Below are positions 10,427 through 21,740 of a DNA stretch of 64,000 bases, piece after piece. The notes beneath the pieces were generated by a model. That model was not told the DNA's origin and made no database searches. It was given only the letters and a program-made list of their open reading frames with translations. The stretch covers positions 42,470,001 to 42,534,000 of the forward strand of contig CM060734.1 in assembly GCA_030704615.1 (NCBI GenBank), read 5' to 3'. Each line of letters starts with the position of its first letter. Within the stretch, counting starts at the first letter, position 1. Made by a program: the position numbers and the translations under genes. This DNA comes from Takakia lepidozioides (taxonomy: Eukaryota > Plantae > Bryophyta).

Positions 10427-13400
10427 TCACTTTGTTTGACGTTGAGAGTTTCGTGGTGGGCTGTGTGTACGAGCCCGAGGTCTGTCTCTGGTTGATGGAG
10501 ATGGTTGATTACTACCTGGATAAGTGAGGCCTTCTGGAGGCTGATATCGAGGTAATCTTTCCGGCAGAGGAGATCCCCTTTGTTTCTTCGCTTCCATCTG
10601 AATTGTATAGTCTTCTCCCATGTCAAAAGAATTTTGTGAAGAACCAGTTGTATCAGAATCGTCATCGCCTCTTAGGTGTTTTAATTTTCGAACTTTTTGT
10701 GGAATCATCTGGGGCATACAATGCTGTCCTACCATGTCTGGAAGTTTGCATTTTACAACCTGGTGCAACCGTTGAACAGCAAAATTGGTGTAGACACTGA
10801 GCTCCTTGTCTGTCCAAATGAGTGGGGTACCAATTACTGGTGCCGCGTGCAAGTATTTCCATGCGATATGTCCCTTATAGAAAATGTCATCAAGTCCGAA
10901 TTTCTGTGTTGACAAATTGTTGCAGGCTGCTTGAAACCATGAACGAATTTGAGAATCCTTCTGTATCATAACTTTTGGGTCATATAGGTACATATGAGGT
11001 GGCACCGAAGGTAATACCCAATGATCTCCACTGGAGTAACTTTGAAAGCGTGCTTGCATCTTTTGTTGCTCAATGTGGTAACGTATCAGAAAACAAGCAG
11101 CGTAGTATAGCCCGCACCCCATGACAATACTTGCTATCTCCTTGGTCTTGGTATAAATGAGTCCATGTACAACCTGGAAAGCAACCAATTCCCTCAACAT
11201 TGTACCTGCCTCGTGCCAGTATTGTGCAAAGTGATGATCTTCAATATGTCGATTGTTTGGAAGAACTTTAGTCCTGGTTGCCACTGGCAGCCAAATACGC
11301 ATGATTTGGTAGTAATGTGCGAATGACTGCGGAGGACTAAATTCTTTCCAAGCCAAATCCAACATGAATGGAATTTGGTTGAAGGGCATAATCATAGCCC
11401 TACTGTACTCCCTGGCAGCTGGAGTTTTAGGTGGGTTAAAAGCTGCATTGCCCCATACCTCCGGCTGTGGTGGCTGTGGTGTGGTTGTAGTAACCACAGG
11501 TTCAGTTACTGGTACACTGACCTGTTGTGGTGGTGGTGGTAGTGGTTCCTGTACCATTGGCATCTCTTGCACCTCCTGTGAAGACTGAAAAGCCAGAGTT
11601 CTGGCTTTCAAATAAGAAGCCATTAGCTGTTCCCGAGGGATATAGACTCTTTGGTCGATGTTTGAAGTGAGGTCTTCCACTTGAGTCTGGAGTCCGTCTA
11701 CATCCTCTTGTAACTCTGCTATCCTACTATAGACATTGTCTATAGTAGTTGTGGCAATGTTCTGCACCTGCAGTCTAAGCTCATTCATCTCGCTTTGGGT
11801 GAGCTTCCGTGGGGCTTTGCCTTCTACTGGCCCTTGTGCTAGCCAGACCTGCATAAGGCTGTTATCCACCAAGCTGCTTGTGGTTCCCCTGAGAGTTTGC
11901 TCCTCTCTTAGCTTATACAATTCCAACTGCTGTTGTAAATCCTTCATGCGCTTCGCCTGTGGCTCAACCAATTGCGCATAGGCAACAAGTAGATTATTGG
12001 CTTCTTTCGAAGCCTTGTTACTGATTGAGATTTCATTTCTATTGGCCACGATGTTTTGTTGCAACTCCACGATGTATTTCTCATTCTCAGCTTCCATCTG
12101 CCTGTATTGCTTGAGAGTATCTTCATTGCGACAGATTGTATTCTTCATATCGACAATGAGCTTCATGTGCTCCGCATTCTCTTCTTCTGCCTTCGTACAT
12201 TTTTCCGCTTGACTGTTTATTTCTTTTGTTGATTGGTCAAGCATAGTTGTAATTGTAGCGCATTGTATTGCCATCCTGTTATGCACTGTTTGCAACTCCG
12301 TATGTAGTGCATTCAGTTCTTGCAACTTGCTTTCATGCTGCACCTGCATTTGGTATAGCTGTTGCTTATGTGCTTCGTGCAACTGGTCTTGCGCGAGGCC
12401 TGCCTCAATCAATTGTTGCTTGGCTAATTGCAAAGCCATTTCTGTATTGGCCAAGTCCTGCTTCATCTTGAGAGTGACCTCTTCATCGACCTTGTTTGCA
12501 CACTCAGTGGCAAGTCGAGCCTCAAACTCCTTCCTGAGTTCTTCTTTCAAGGCTGTCAATTGGGTAATTGGAACATGGGTTTTGACATAAGTCCCCAACA
12601 AATTAAGTGTCCTGCCTATGGAACTCATCAGCATTTCCTGTTGAGGGTCATCATGGTGAGGTTGCTGCTGTTCCTCCCGATCTTCAACAGTATGATGTCT
12701 CACTAACCATTCAGACCATTGTCCCACCGGATTTTCTTCCTGAACTACTTCATTCATGACCGGTGCTACAGTGTCATGGCCTTCTGCCTGTGGTACCTCC
12801 AACACAGGTGTGTGCATTATATGCACCTCAGGATTTCCTTTGGGCAACTGTTGCACCTCTGGGATTTCTGTCTCCTTTACCAGACCAGAATATTCATAGA
12901 GAAGGTCCCCTTTCTCTATTTCTGCCACTATCTGCTCTGTAGTTGGAATCTCTATCCCTTCACTTTCCAAATCAATTATTTCGGTTTGAGCTGCATGGAT
13001 AACTTGTGACCTTGTGACAAGTCGTTCAAGTGGCTGTGTTGGTTGTGATGCAGAAGTAACTTCTTCCTCCCTCTCTGAAGGTCCTGCTTCCAGTAATAAC
13101 ATTCTTTTGTGCTGCTGTGCCCCTTCCTGGTTATGAGCTTGGGAAACATTATCATGCGGAATCCGTGAAGCCAGTGGATCCGCCACTACAGTCTTTCCCC
13201 TTCTCTGCCTCTTAGTCTCTGGTTGTGCTGCTAGTCCACCCTCACTGTGTGAAGAGCCTTGCTCTTCCATTGCAGTTGTTTCTGGCTCAAACACTCCCAT
13301 TTCCTTCCTTTCTTGTGCATTAAGTATGCCCGAACTAAGGATTATTTGAGCAATGATTGGGCCAGACACTATGATAGGAGATTTTGCGGTAGTACTTTGT

Positions 13401-16273
13401 AATCTTTTCATCTCCTCTACCAGTGCGTTGTACATTATGTCCGCCCATAGTACCTCTTGTCCCTTCAAGCCTTTGAGGATTTCCTCTGTGAAGGATTTGC
13501 TCAAATATTGTTGGTTCTGTTTCAGGGCAATCAGAACGTTCAATACTTGGCTTATGTCTTTTAACCCTGGGTACACAGCTTTGGTACAAGCATAACCCTG
13601 AGTTTTAAAGAAACTCCCTTCTTGGAATAAATCCCCTATTTGCAGTCTTTCCCTGTGTTCTTCCACATACACATGACCTGCTGGCAATTGAAACAATTGC
13701 TGGAGGTATAGGGGAGTAATCATTAATTCAACTCCCTTCACCGTTGTTGTTCCTGTCTTTGGCTCAAAGTTCTGCAAAAATTGTAACATGTACTGTCTAT
13801 GGTGTAGTGTCCAATCCTTGCTTTGCAATCCTTCCAATCTCAGCTCCTTCAGTATCTTTGTCGCCTGTGGGGTAGCCATCGTTTGTTTCTGCAGAATGGT
13901 GGTGCTCTTCACCCTGATTTCCTCCATTCCTCTCACTCTCTTCATCTTAGACTCACCGAACTGCTTTGGCTGTAACAACTGCAGGAGTGCCTGTAGTGCA
14001 CAAAGCAGAAACGTATGGTTGCCGCAGAAAGCTATGGGTAACCTCTTGTAAGCCTGCGGGGCTTGCAAGCATTGTTCAAGAGAAAAGCTCTGCTCTTTCG
14101 TTTCGTGTCTCTGCCACTGCGTAAGTAATATTGCGAGCGTAATGTCTGTTAGTTCCTCCATAGTTTCCAAGTTATAGCATTTATGGCCTGTCCTGTCGAG
14201 ACGCCCGTTACTCTGAACGACGCCGCCTCTTGCGCTCAATTTCCCTCCATTTTCTTGATCATTTTTCTGGTTTTCTATTGGCTGTGGCCGCTGTGACTGG
14301 ATTTTAACTTTTATCTTCTTTAGTGGACTTTCCCTGTTGGATAGTCCACTAGGATCACACATGCGACATGAATTCGGCTTTTCTGTACTTGCCGTTCGTT
14401 CTGTTTCCCTTTTTCCGTAATCATTAATGGGTCCGCCTTTCATCCCTTTTGACGGCCGTTCTTGTCCTCTTTCTTTTTGACACCTGTCCTTGCACTTCAT
14501 TCTCTGCTGTGTGTCGCACCCTGACCTCCACGTGTCTATTTTTAAATTAATTTCCGTTTCTTCTTCCTTCAGCCATTTTACTGAAGTTTTTATGTGTCCA
14601 CTTGTCACTGATTCTATGGATCGTGTAACTTTAGTAGGCTGTCTTGAGCTGTGATAGGCTGTGTTGCACTGTGGTAAGCTGTGATAGGCTGTGACACGCT
14701 GCGGTAGGTTGTGATAGGCTGTGTCACGCCTTGCTGGGTTGTGGTTGGCTGTGTCACGTCGTGACGGGCTGTGATAGGCTGTGTCACGTCGTGACGGGCT
14801 GTGGTAAGCTGTGTTGCGCCTTGCTGGGCTGTGGTTGGCTGTGTCACGTCGTGATGGGCTGTGATAGGCTGTGTCACGCCGTGATGGGCTGTGATAGGCT
14901 GTGGTGCGCCTTGCTGGGCTGTGGTTGGCTGTGTCACGTCGTGATGGGCTGTGATAGGCTGTGTCACGCCTTGATGGGCTGTGATAGGCTGTGTCACGTT
15001 TGTTTTGCCCACCCCGGTCATATATACTGGGCCTAGCGACAAGTGTTCCATACTCCGTTCGTAACACTGGTGCAGCCCGTGACTGCTCTTGCGGTTCAAC
15101 ATGCAAATCATGTTGCAGGGGTTTGTCATGGATACCACTGTACCCCTTCAACTTATTTGCATTGACTCTTCCCAGCATTTCCTTGTTAATGGTTTGTAAC
15201 ATGGCTGTGTTGTTATCATACATCTTTTGTATGACATAAGGTCCTTTCCATGGTGATTTAAGCTTAGAAGCTTGAATCTTTCCTTTCTTCTGCAACCATA
15301 AAACCAAATCCCCCGTCTTAAAAGTCTTTAATTTGCCTTTATCAAACTGTTCCTTTCGCTTCATCTGAATTCTGGTCATATTATCAGCTGCATCAGCACG
15401 TACTTCTTCCACATGGTATAATTCATGTTTCCTGACCTTGATGGAGTCTTGCAATTCCATTCTTTTTCCCCACTCTGTTCTCATGGTAGGTAACAGGAAT
15501 TCCACTGGAAGTAAGGCTTCCATACCATAAACTAATTGGAATGGTGTATACTTAGTGGTGACTTTATATGAAGTCCTGTATGACCACAAAGCTGTCAGCA
15601 GCTTTGTATCCCAATCCGTTCTGTTTGCATTGACTATCTTAGCCAAGATAGTACATAGTATTTTGTTGGTAGCCTCTGCCTGTCCATTACCCTGTGGGTA
15701 ATATGTTGTACTCTTTCTATGCACAATCATAAACTCTTTAGTCAATAACTCAATGGTCTCATTCATGAAGTGACTTCCTTGATCACTGATAAATTCTAAG
15801 GGACATCCAAATCGTGTAAGTATGTTCTCGTACAGGAACCTTGCTGTGGACTTGGCTGTGTTGTCCCTCAAAGCTTTAGCTTCCACCCACTTTGTAGTAT
15901 AATCAGTGGCTGTAATTATGTACCTGTTTCGTGTATTCTTGGATGGTGGATTAATTGGTCCAACAAAGTCTAGTCCCCATTTCTGAAATGGTTCCGTAGG
16001 CATTGTAGGATGCAAGGCCATTCTTCCAGATCTCTGCAAAGGTCCTAGCCTCTGACATTCATCACACTTCTGACAATACTCATGTACATCTTTGAACAAC
16101 GTAGGCCACCAGTATCCTGCGAGTAGTATCTTTCTACTGGTAGTCTCTTCTCCAAAATGACCTCCAGCCACTCCTTTATGAACTTCCTCCAAGACTTTAT
16201 TTACTTCATGGTGGTACAAGCATCGTTTTAGTACTCCATCAGGTCCTAACTTATACATTCTGCTTCCTACCAT
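10427..16273 (-). CDS. Integrase fused in frame to a 10-aa repeat, linker, Athila-ORF/plant-transposon-like domain, coiled coil and unknown C-terminal domain (1948 aa)
   Basis: HHCC (VHKGVAGGHFG..CDECQR), WGLDFVGP, ISDQGSHF, GQAEATNK and WKGPY in the first ~380 aa; no stop until 10427. Confidence 0.9.
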   Translation of the reverse strand: MVGSRMYKLGPDGVLKRCLYHHEVNKVLEEVHKGVAGGHFGEETTSRKILLAGYWWPTLFKDVHEYCQKCDECQRLGPLQRSGRMALHPTMPTEPFQKWGLDFVGPINPPSKNTRNRYIITATDYTTKWVEAKALRDNTAKSTARFLYENILTRFGCPLEFISDQGSHFMNETIELLTKEFMIVHRKSTTYYPQGNGQAEATNKILCTILAKIVNANRTDWDTKLLTALWSYRTSYKVTTKYTPFQLVYGMEALLPVEFLLPTMRTEWGKRMELQDSIKVRKHELYHVEEVRADAADNMTRIQMKRKEQFDKGKLKTFKTGDLVLWLQKKGKIQASKLKSPWKGPYVIQKMYDNNTAMLQTINKEMLGRVNANKLKGYSGIHDKPLQHDLHVEPQEQSRAAPVLRTEYGTLVARPSIYDRGGQNKRDTAYHSPSRRDTAYHSPSRRDTANHSPARRTTAYHSPSRRDTAYHSPSRRDTANHSPARRNTAYHSPSRRDTAYHSPSRRDTANHNPARRDTAYHNLPQRVTAYHSLPQCNTAYHSSRQPTKVTRSIESVTSGHIKTSVKWLKEEETEINLKIDTWRSGCDTQQRMKCKDRCQKERGQERPSKGMKGGPINDYGKRETERTASTEKPNSCRMCDPSGLSNRESPLKKIKVKIQSQRPQPIENQKNDQENGGKLSARGGVVQSNGRLDRTGHKCYNLETMEELTDITLAILLTQWQRHETKEQSFSLEQCLQAPQAYKRLPIAFCGNHTFLLCALQALLQLLQPKQFGESKMKRVRGMEEIRVKSTTILQKQTMATPQATKILKELRLEGLQSKDWTLHHRQYMLQFLQNFEPKTGTTTVKGVELMITPLYLQQLFQLPAGHVYVEEHRERLQIGDLFQEGSFFKTQGYACTKAVYPGLKDISQVLNVLIALKQNQQYLSKSFTEEILKGLKGQEVLWADIMYNALVEEMKRLQSTTAKSPIIVSGPIIAQIILSSGILNAQERKEMGVFEPETTAMEEQGSSHSEGGLAAQPETKRQRRGKTVVADPLASRIPHDNVSQAHNQEGAQQHKRMLLLEAGPSEREEEVTSASQPTQPLERLVTRSQVIHAAQTEIIDLESEGIEIPTTEQIVAEIEKGDLLYEYSGLVKETEIPEVQQLPKGNPEVHIMHTPVLEVPQAEGHDTVAPVMNEVVQEENPVGQWSEWLVRHHTVEDREEQQQPHHDDPQQEMLMSSIGRTLNLLGTYVKTHVPITQLTALKEELRKEFEARLATECANKVDEEVTLKMKQDLANTEMALQLAKQQLIEAGLAQDQLHEAHKQQLYQMQVQHESKLQELNALHTELQTVHNRMAIQCATITTMLDQSTKEINSQAEKCTKAEEENAEHMKLIVDMKNTICRNEDTLKQYRQMEAENEKYIVELQQNIVANRNEISISNKASKEANNLLVAYAQLVEPQAKRMKDLQQQLELYKLREEQTLRGTTSSLVDNSLMQVWLAQGPVEGKAPRKLTQSEMNELRLQVQNIATTTIDNVYSRIAELQEDVDGLQTQVEDLTSNIDQRVYIPREQLMASYLKARTLAFQSSQEVQEMPMVQEPLPPPPQQVSVPVTEPVVTTTTPQPPQPEVWGNAAFNPPKTPAAREYSRAMIMPFNQIPFMLDLAWKEFSPPQSFAHYYQIMRIWLPVATRTKVLPNNRHIEDHHFAQYWHEAGTMLRELVAFQVVHGLIYTKTKEIASIVMGCGLYYAACFLIRYHIEQQKMQARFQSYSSGDHWVLPSVPPHMYLYDPKVMIQKDSQIRSWFQAACNNLSTQKFGLDDIFYKGHIAWKYLHAAPVIGTPLIWTDKELSVYTNFAVQRLHQVVKCKLPDMVGQHCMPQMIPQKVRKLKHLRGDDDSDTTGSSQNSFDMGEDYTIQMEAKKQRGSPLPERLPRYQPPEGLTYPGSNQPSPSTRDRPRARTHSPPRNSQRQTK
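14637..14998 (-). repeat. 30-bp coding minisatellite, 12 units (DTAYHSPSRR)
   Basis: Unit GGGCTGTGATAGGCTGTGTCACGTCGTGAY with a 90-bp higher-order period. Confidence 0.95.
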
Positions 16274-18844
16274 AGTATAAGGTAAAGCTCTGATAGCAAT
16301 TCTTTCCTTTGCTCCTTACCATAACTAGGTGGGCACTGACCATGAGCAAGGTAGTATCTGATTGGCCATTGCCAATCTAACCATTCATCTGCACTTCCTT
16401 GCACCTCCATTACAAATAAACTCGCATCAGGTAACTGATCGTCCACTCCTGTGGCGGCCTCTCCTGTTGTTAGTCGTGACAAATGATCTGCCACAAGATG
16501 CAAACGGCCAGGCTTGTAAATAACCTCGAACTCAAACTCATGCAAGATTATTAACCACCTCGCTATCCTTCCACTTATCAAAGGTTTGTTCACCAGATAT
16601 ATCAGAGCCTGGTGATCCACATAAAACATAAACTTTCTTCCCAATAGGTAATGCCTGAATTTCTTCACTGCATAGATCATTGCCAATGCTTCTCTTTCCG
16701 TTGTGCTATAGTTCCTCTCAGCACTGTTCATCAACCGGCTAGCATAGTACACAGGTGAATCTATATTCCCTGTAACATTCTGGGCTAACACCGCTCCAAT
16801 GCTTCTCCTGATGCATCGCAGTGAACATGAAATACTACATGCCAGTGAGGGTTAATCAGCACAGGTGTAGTTGTTACTGACAGTGTAAGTTCCTCAAACG
16901 CCTGTTGACATTCAGCTGTCCATGCAAACACTGCATCTTTCTTCAGAAGCTTGCTCAATGGTGCTGCTATTTGTGCATACCTTTTGACAAATCTTCTGTA
17001 ATAACTGGTTTGCCCAAGGAATCTCCTTAAACTCTTAACATTCACTGGTGGTGGAGAGACTTTAATGGACTCTGTCTTCCTGGGATCCACAAGAAGTCCC
17101 TTCTTACACACTATGTGTCCCAGAAGCACCCCTGAGTTCACACAGAAAGTACACTTCTCTGGATTCAAGCCCAGACCTCTCATCCTGCATCTGGCCAGGC
17201 ATAACTCCAATTTATGCAAGTGCTCATTCTTAGAGCTGTACACACTGAAATCATCCAAAAACACCTGCATGAAATCATCCAGATACTCTTGAAAAGATTC
17301 ACTTATCACTCTCTGAAAGGTCGCTGGTGCATTACAAAGTCCAAAGGGCATGACTTTGTATGCATAAGCCCCCAGTCTGTGATGAAAGCTGTTTTCCCTT
17401 GGTCTTCTTCTGCCACTTGCACTTGATTATAACCACTGAAGCCATCCATGAATGAGTACATCTCATGGCCTGCCACAGTGTCTAATACTGCTTCTGTGAA
17501 TGGCAAAGGGAAAGGATCTTTCTTCGTACAAGCATTCAGCTTCTTATAGTTCACACATACTCTTAGTTTGCCATTCTTCTTGGGAACTATAACAATGGGT
17601 GACAACCAAGTTGTATACTCTATTGGGTATATAAACTTAGCCTCAGCCAACTTCTTTATCTCTTCTCCAACCTTCTGTGCGTAGTTGGGATTCATTCTAT
17701 ACCTCGCCTGCTTGATTGGCACTGACCCTGGTTCCAGTTCAATTTTATGCTGACAGACTTCAGGTGGTATCCCTTTTAGATCCTCATAGCTCCAAGCAAA
17801 TACATCTCTGTATTTGATGAACAAGCTTTTAGCTTCTTCGAAGAATTCCGGCTCCAAATCAGCTCCTACTTTCACCATCCTTGGTTCCTCCGAGTTCCCA
17901 CATTTACTTCTCTCACCTGCTCATCAGCTGTGATTGTCCAACCAGTCACCACTTCATCCTGTAAGCTCACAGTGGCTGGTTCTTCTAGGATTTCTATTTC
18001 TCCTTCTCTTTCTTCATAGAAATGTGATGGGTAAATGCTGGTTTCTTCTTCGTTGGTGTTGCTGTCACTACACCACAGCAGATACCTCTCAAACAACTTA
18101 GGCTTTCCAGCCGCATCTCTGCAACTTGCTCCCACTCTGGGTGTGCAGCAAATAGGGTAGCTTCCTGCTCCTCATCCAGTCCTCCCCTCCAGTCATACTC
18201 TCTGACTCCTCGAGGTCTTCTTGTAGCAGGTAATCTACTAGATTTCTTTGTGGTAATTTGTATCTCGTGCATCCCATTATGCACAGTTAGTAACTGAGAA
18301 TTCCAGTCATGGAATACCCTGGCCTGTTTCAGCCACGGACGTCCCAATAATAAGGATAAGCCTCCATGACTTCATCCATTTTTAATACAGTTACTGTGAT
18401 CAGAAAGATCATTTTCTGTATCTGTATCTTAACTCCTCTTATTAATCCCAATGGCTGTACACTTCTTTGATCTGCCATTGTTACTGTAAATGGGGCTGGT
18501 TTCATGTTACTTAGACCAAGCTTCTTCCTTAATTGGTCTGTCATGATATTTACTCCAGAACCACCATCTATCAGTACATCAGTTAGTTCTGTGCTTCCAA
18601 TTCTCAATTGGATTACTGGCATAGAATCATCAAAGTCCATGACTGGTTCTCGCCCTTCCGGCTTCACATTATAACTGGTCACCTTGCTGTTCAGGTCTGT
18701 GTTTCCTGTTTCTTGGGCAATTCGATTGATTGCCTGATACAGCCTGTGCCTACAATAAGGTGCCACAGCTAATAGCTGTCCAATGGTAATTTCTGCTTTG
18801 GTCTGACATATTACTTCAGCCAAAGTCTCTTCATTACTTTGCAT
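16267..18844 (-). CDS. pol: pol: protease, reverse transcriptase, RNase H (split by single-base frameshifts)
   Basis: VLIDGGSGVN; MPFGLCNAPATFQR, VFLDDFSV; HCDASG, YYASR..NYSTTEREALA, VDHQAL. Confidence 0.92.
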
Positions 18845-21130
18845 GTCTGCATCTTCTTTTCTCTTTCTTCCTCACTCTCCTCTTTTTCTCCATCCGAATC
18901 AGAGGAATCTGCCACAGGAATATCAGTACTCTTTTGCATTTCCCTTATAGTATCTGCCACTTCCTTGTGCAGTTCCTTCTCATCCTTCCAAGTCTCTTCA
19001 TCTTCAGGCATATCATTGCCACTTCCAGTCTCATCTTCTTCCTCTTCTACTGGAGGTATTAGTTTAGCTTTACTTCTTGTTACTATCATTGTACTTACTT
19101 CTGGTACAACACATGGCCTAACCATGTGAGCTGCCACCACTGGGCCCTCATTCACAGGAGCTCTCATCTCATTCTGGTGTCTTATCCAGAATGAACAGGC
19201 TGCCTTGCGATGTCCTGGCTGATTACAATAGTAACATAGCTCTTCACCATTGGGTCCTCGCCCTTGGTCTGGTCTTGGATTATTTCTATAATCCTGATTC
19301 CCGGGCTGGTAATTCCCCTCGGATTACCCTGATAGTTGCCTCTGGAATTTCCTTGGTAATTCCCTCTTGAATTACCTCTTCCTTCCATGCCATTGTTATA
19401 ACCACCAGACCTACCATAGTGGTCCTGATCATTGCTTCTTCTTGGCTGGGGTTGCACCTGATGCACCCTCACTTGCCTAGGTTCTCTGGCAGCTGTCCTT
19501 CTGTTGTAGTAACAATTCTCAGTAGAATGGTTATCCATTTTACAGATAGTACAGTGTTTCTCCTTCATGTGGCATTCTGTAGTGGTATGGCCTTCATTCT
19601 GGCACTTTGCACACCATACACCCTTCCTCCAATGTGTTGCAGCCTCTGTGGCATACTTCTTCAAGATTTCTTCCAATCTTTTCTCATAGTTATCCCTCTT
19701 CAACTTTTCCTTTCTCTTACTCTTTCTTTTTAGTTCTTGCTCTTCTTCTTCATCTGACTCATCTTCAGAGTCCTCATCTTCCTTTTTCTCTCTCCTGAGC
19801 ATTCCCAATTGCTCAATTCTGTTCGCAGTTTCAAATGCCTCCTCCACTGTATTATGGGGTAACATATCCACTTTCTTCTGCAACTCTGGTCTTAGTCCAC
19901 TCACAAACCAAGTCTTCTGTAAACCGGGTGCTGGTACTGCAGCCAGCTTTTTCATCATCAATTCCATCTTTCCATATACTCTTCAACAGTTTCATGCTTC
20001 TTCTGCTTCAGCTGTTGTAAACTTCCATACACTTCATCCTCAGTTTTACTTGTCCTGAACCTATTTCGAAATGCTGTATTCAAGCCATTCCAGGTTAGGA
20101 AATGATTATCAGGGAATCTTGCATACCATTCACTTGCTTTCTTGATAAGTGAACAAGGAAACAGTCTCATCTTGGCATCATCGCCATTCTCATTGTTCAC
20201 TATACACATGTGCTCAAATTGGCTAATGTGTACATCGGGATCCCCTTTTCCTGAATATATTGGAAAGGGTGGTTTTGCCCGTGTTGGTTGTAACGCCATC
20301 TGTGGCCCTACCTTCTGCCCACTGACAGGTGCTGGCACCCTTGCTGGTGCTGGTCCTTCTGGACCTGTTGTTTTTGTGGTGGATCTTCCACCAAGTGGTG
20401 GCCCTTGAGCACTCCCTGCTTCTGGCCCCACGATATTCACAGTATTCCCAGCTTCAGTTGCACTACTTCCCACACTCCCTGTCCCCCCAGAGCCAGATCC
20501 AGGCAGCCCGCCTGATCCCCCTGAGCCGACACCTTCGTTGGCCTGTGATCCAAGTGCTCCACTTGATCCAGGTCCAACGGGTTGGGATGTCCTGGTTGTA
20601 GTCTCAACCTCAGCTGTTGGGTCTACTTCTTCATATTCTTCCTCTTCCAATTTCTTCTCTCTGTTTTCATCATTCAAGTTCTGCCCTTGGGTTTCTTCTT
20701 CACTCATGTAACTCAACTGTAATGGTGTTGGAGAGTCTGAACTCTCCGTTGGCTCTGCCACATCCTCATCTCCTTCTTCATCTTCTGCTTCAGAAACTGG
20801 AGTTCCTGCTTTTGGTGTTCCATGCCAACTTTTATCAAAGATTTCTGTCAAATCTTTTATCCAAGGATGTACCTCAGATCTTTCACCTCTTGATTGATCT
20901 TCTTCCTGTACCAATTCCCTTAATCTTTCTTGCAAAGAAACAGAAGGAGTGGCATCCAACTCTAGTTCTTCCGGTATAGGTGATGCACTTTTTGATCTTG
21001 ATGGTGTGAGAGGTCCAGATGATTCCCCTATGTCTATTCCTCTCTCCCAAAGATATGGATAATTAGCTTTCAGATAGCTTTCCCTTTTTAATGAATATCT
21101 TTGTCGTCTAGCTTCTCTTTCATCACTCAT
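18811..21130 (-). CDS. gag: gag (copy 1, frameshifted)
   Basis: YSGKGDPDVHISQF..RLFPCSL..ASEWY and QKKHETVEEY; CCHC knuckles CAKCQNEGHTTTEC, CTICKMDNHSTENC and, in the shifted frame, CYYCNQPGHRKAAC. Confidence 0.9.
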
Positions 21131-21720
21131 GTCCCATGTCTTTCATTTCTTTTTAATGTGGCAATAACCAAAACTCTCTTCTGTAATATCTCTCGTATAT
21201 GCCTGGATTTCTTTCAAGCTTCAATGCACCCTTGGCTATACTTGAAGTCTCCGTTACCATATAACCATATGGCAAACAAGTCTGAAAAGCTGTTCTTGGT
21301 GTGAGTTTGATCCACAAAATATCCTTTGGAATCCAATTCTTTACCAGTACAAGCTCTTCATGCATATGAGTATAAACATTCACCTTTCTTTTCTTCCCAG
21401 CCTTCAAACTCTACTCGTTTAATGGATAGCAATGCTATCACATAAACCAATGTTGGTAACCAACGTGCTCTTCCTCTACAGGCTACTGATAAATCTTTAT
21501 CACTCCTTTCTCCAGACCCCATTCTGGATCAGCATCATGCACTCGTTTAAGAATATTTTCTTTACATCCGTCTGGCAATTCCAAGAACCTTTGAAAGAAC
21601 TGTTTGGACAATCTTTCTTCCTTCGTTTCACAGGGAATTTGATTCACTTCAAATTCTTTAATGGTCCAACCACCATGATCCCACCAGATGCCTGTCACAT
21701 CTGGTTGTTCATGTCCCAGC

Positions 21721-21738
21721 TCCCCAGTATGGTCGCCA
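21721..21738 (-). promoter_or_regulatory. Primer binding site, probably tRNA-Arg (copy 1)
   Basis: Minus strand CA|TT|TGGCGACCATACTGGGGA, resembling the tRNA-Arg-type PBS TGGCGACTCCACTGGGGA. Confidence 0.8.
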
Positions 21739-21740
21739 AA

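Noticed and set aside
10427-13879. Retroviral-type env
   Set aside because: No signal peptide or clear transmembrane segment seen.
14614-15138. 174-aa alternative-frame ORF (VTQPITAH repeats)
   Set aside because: Shadow of the 30-bp minisatellite inside the 1948-aa ORF.
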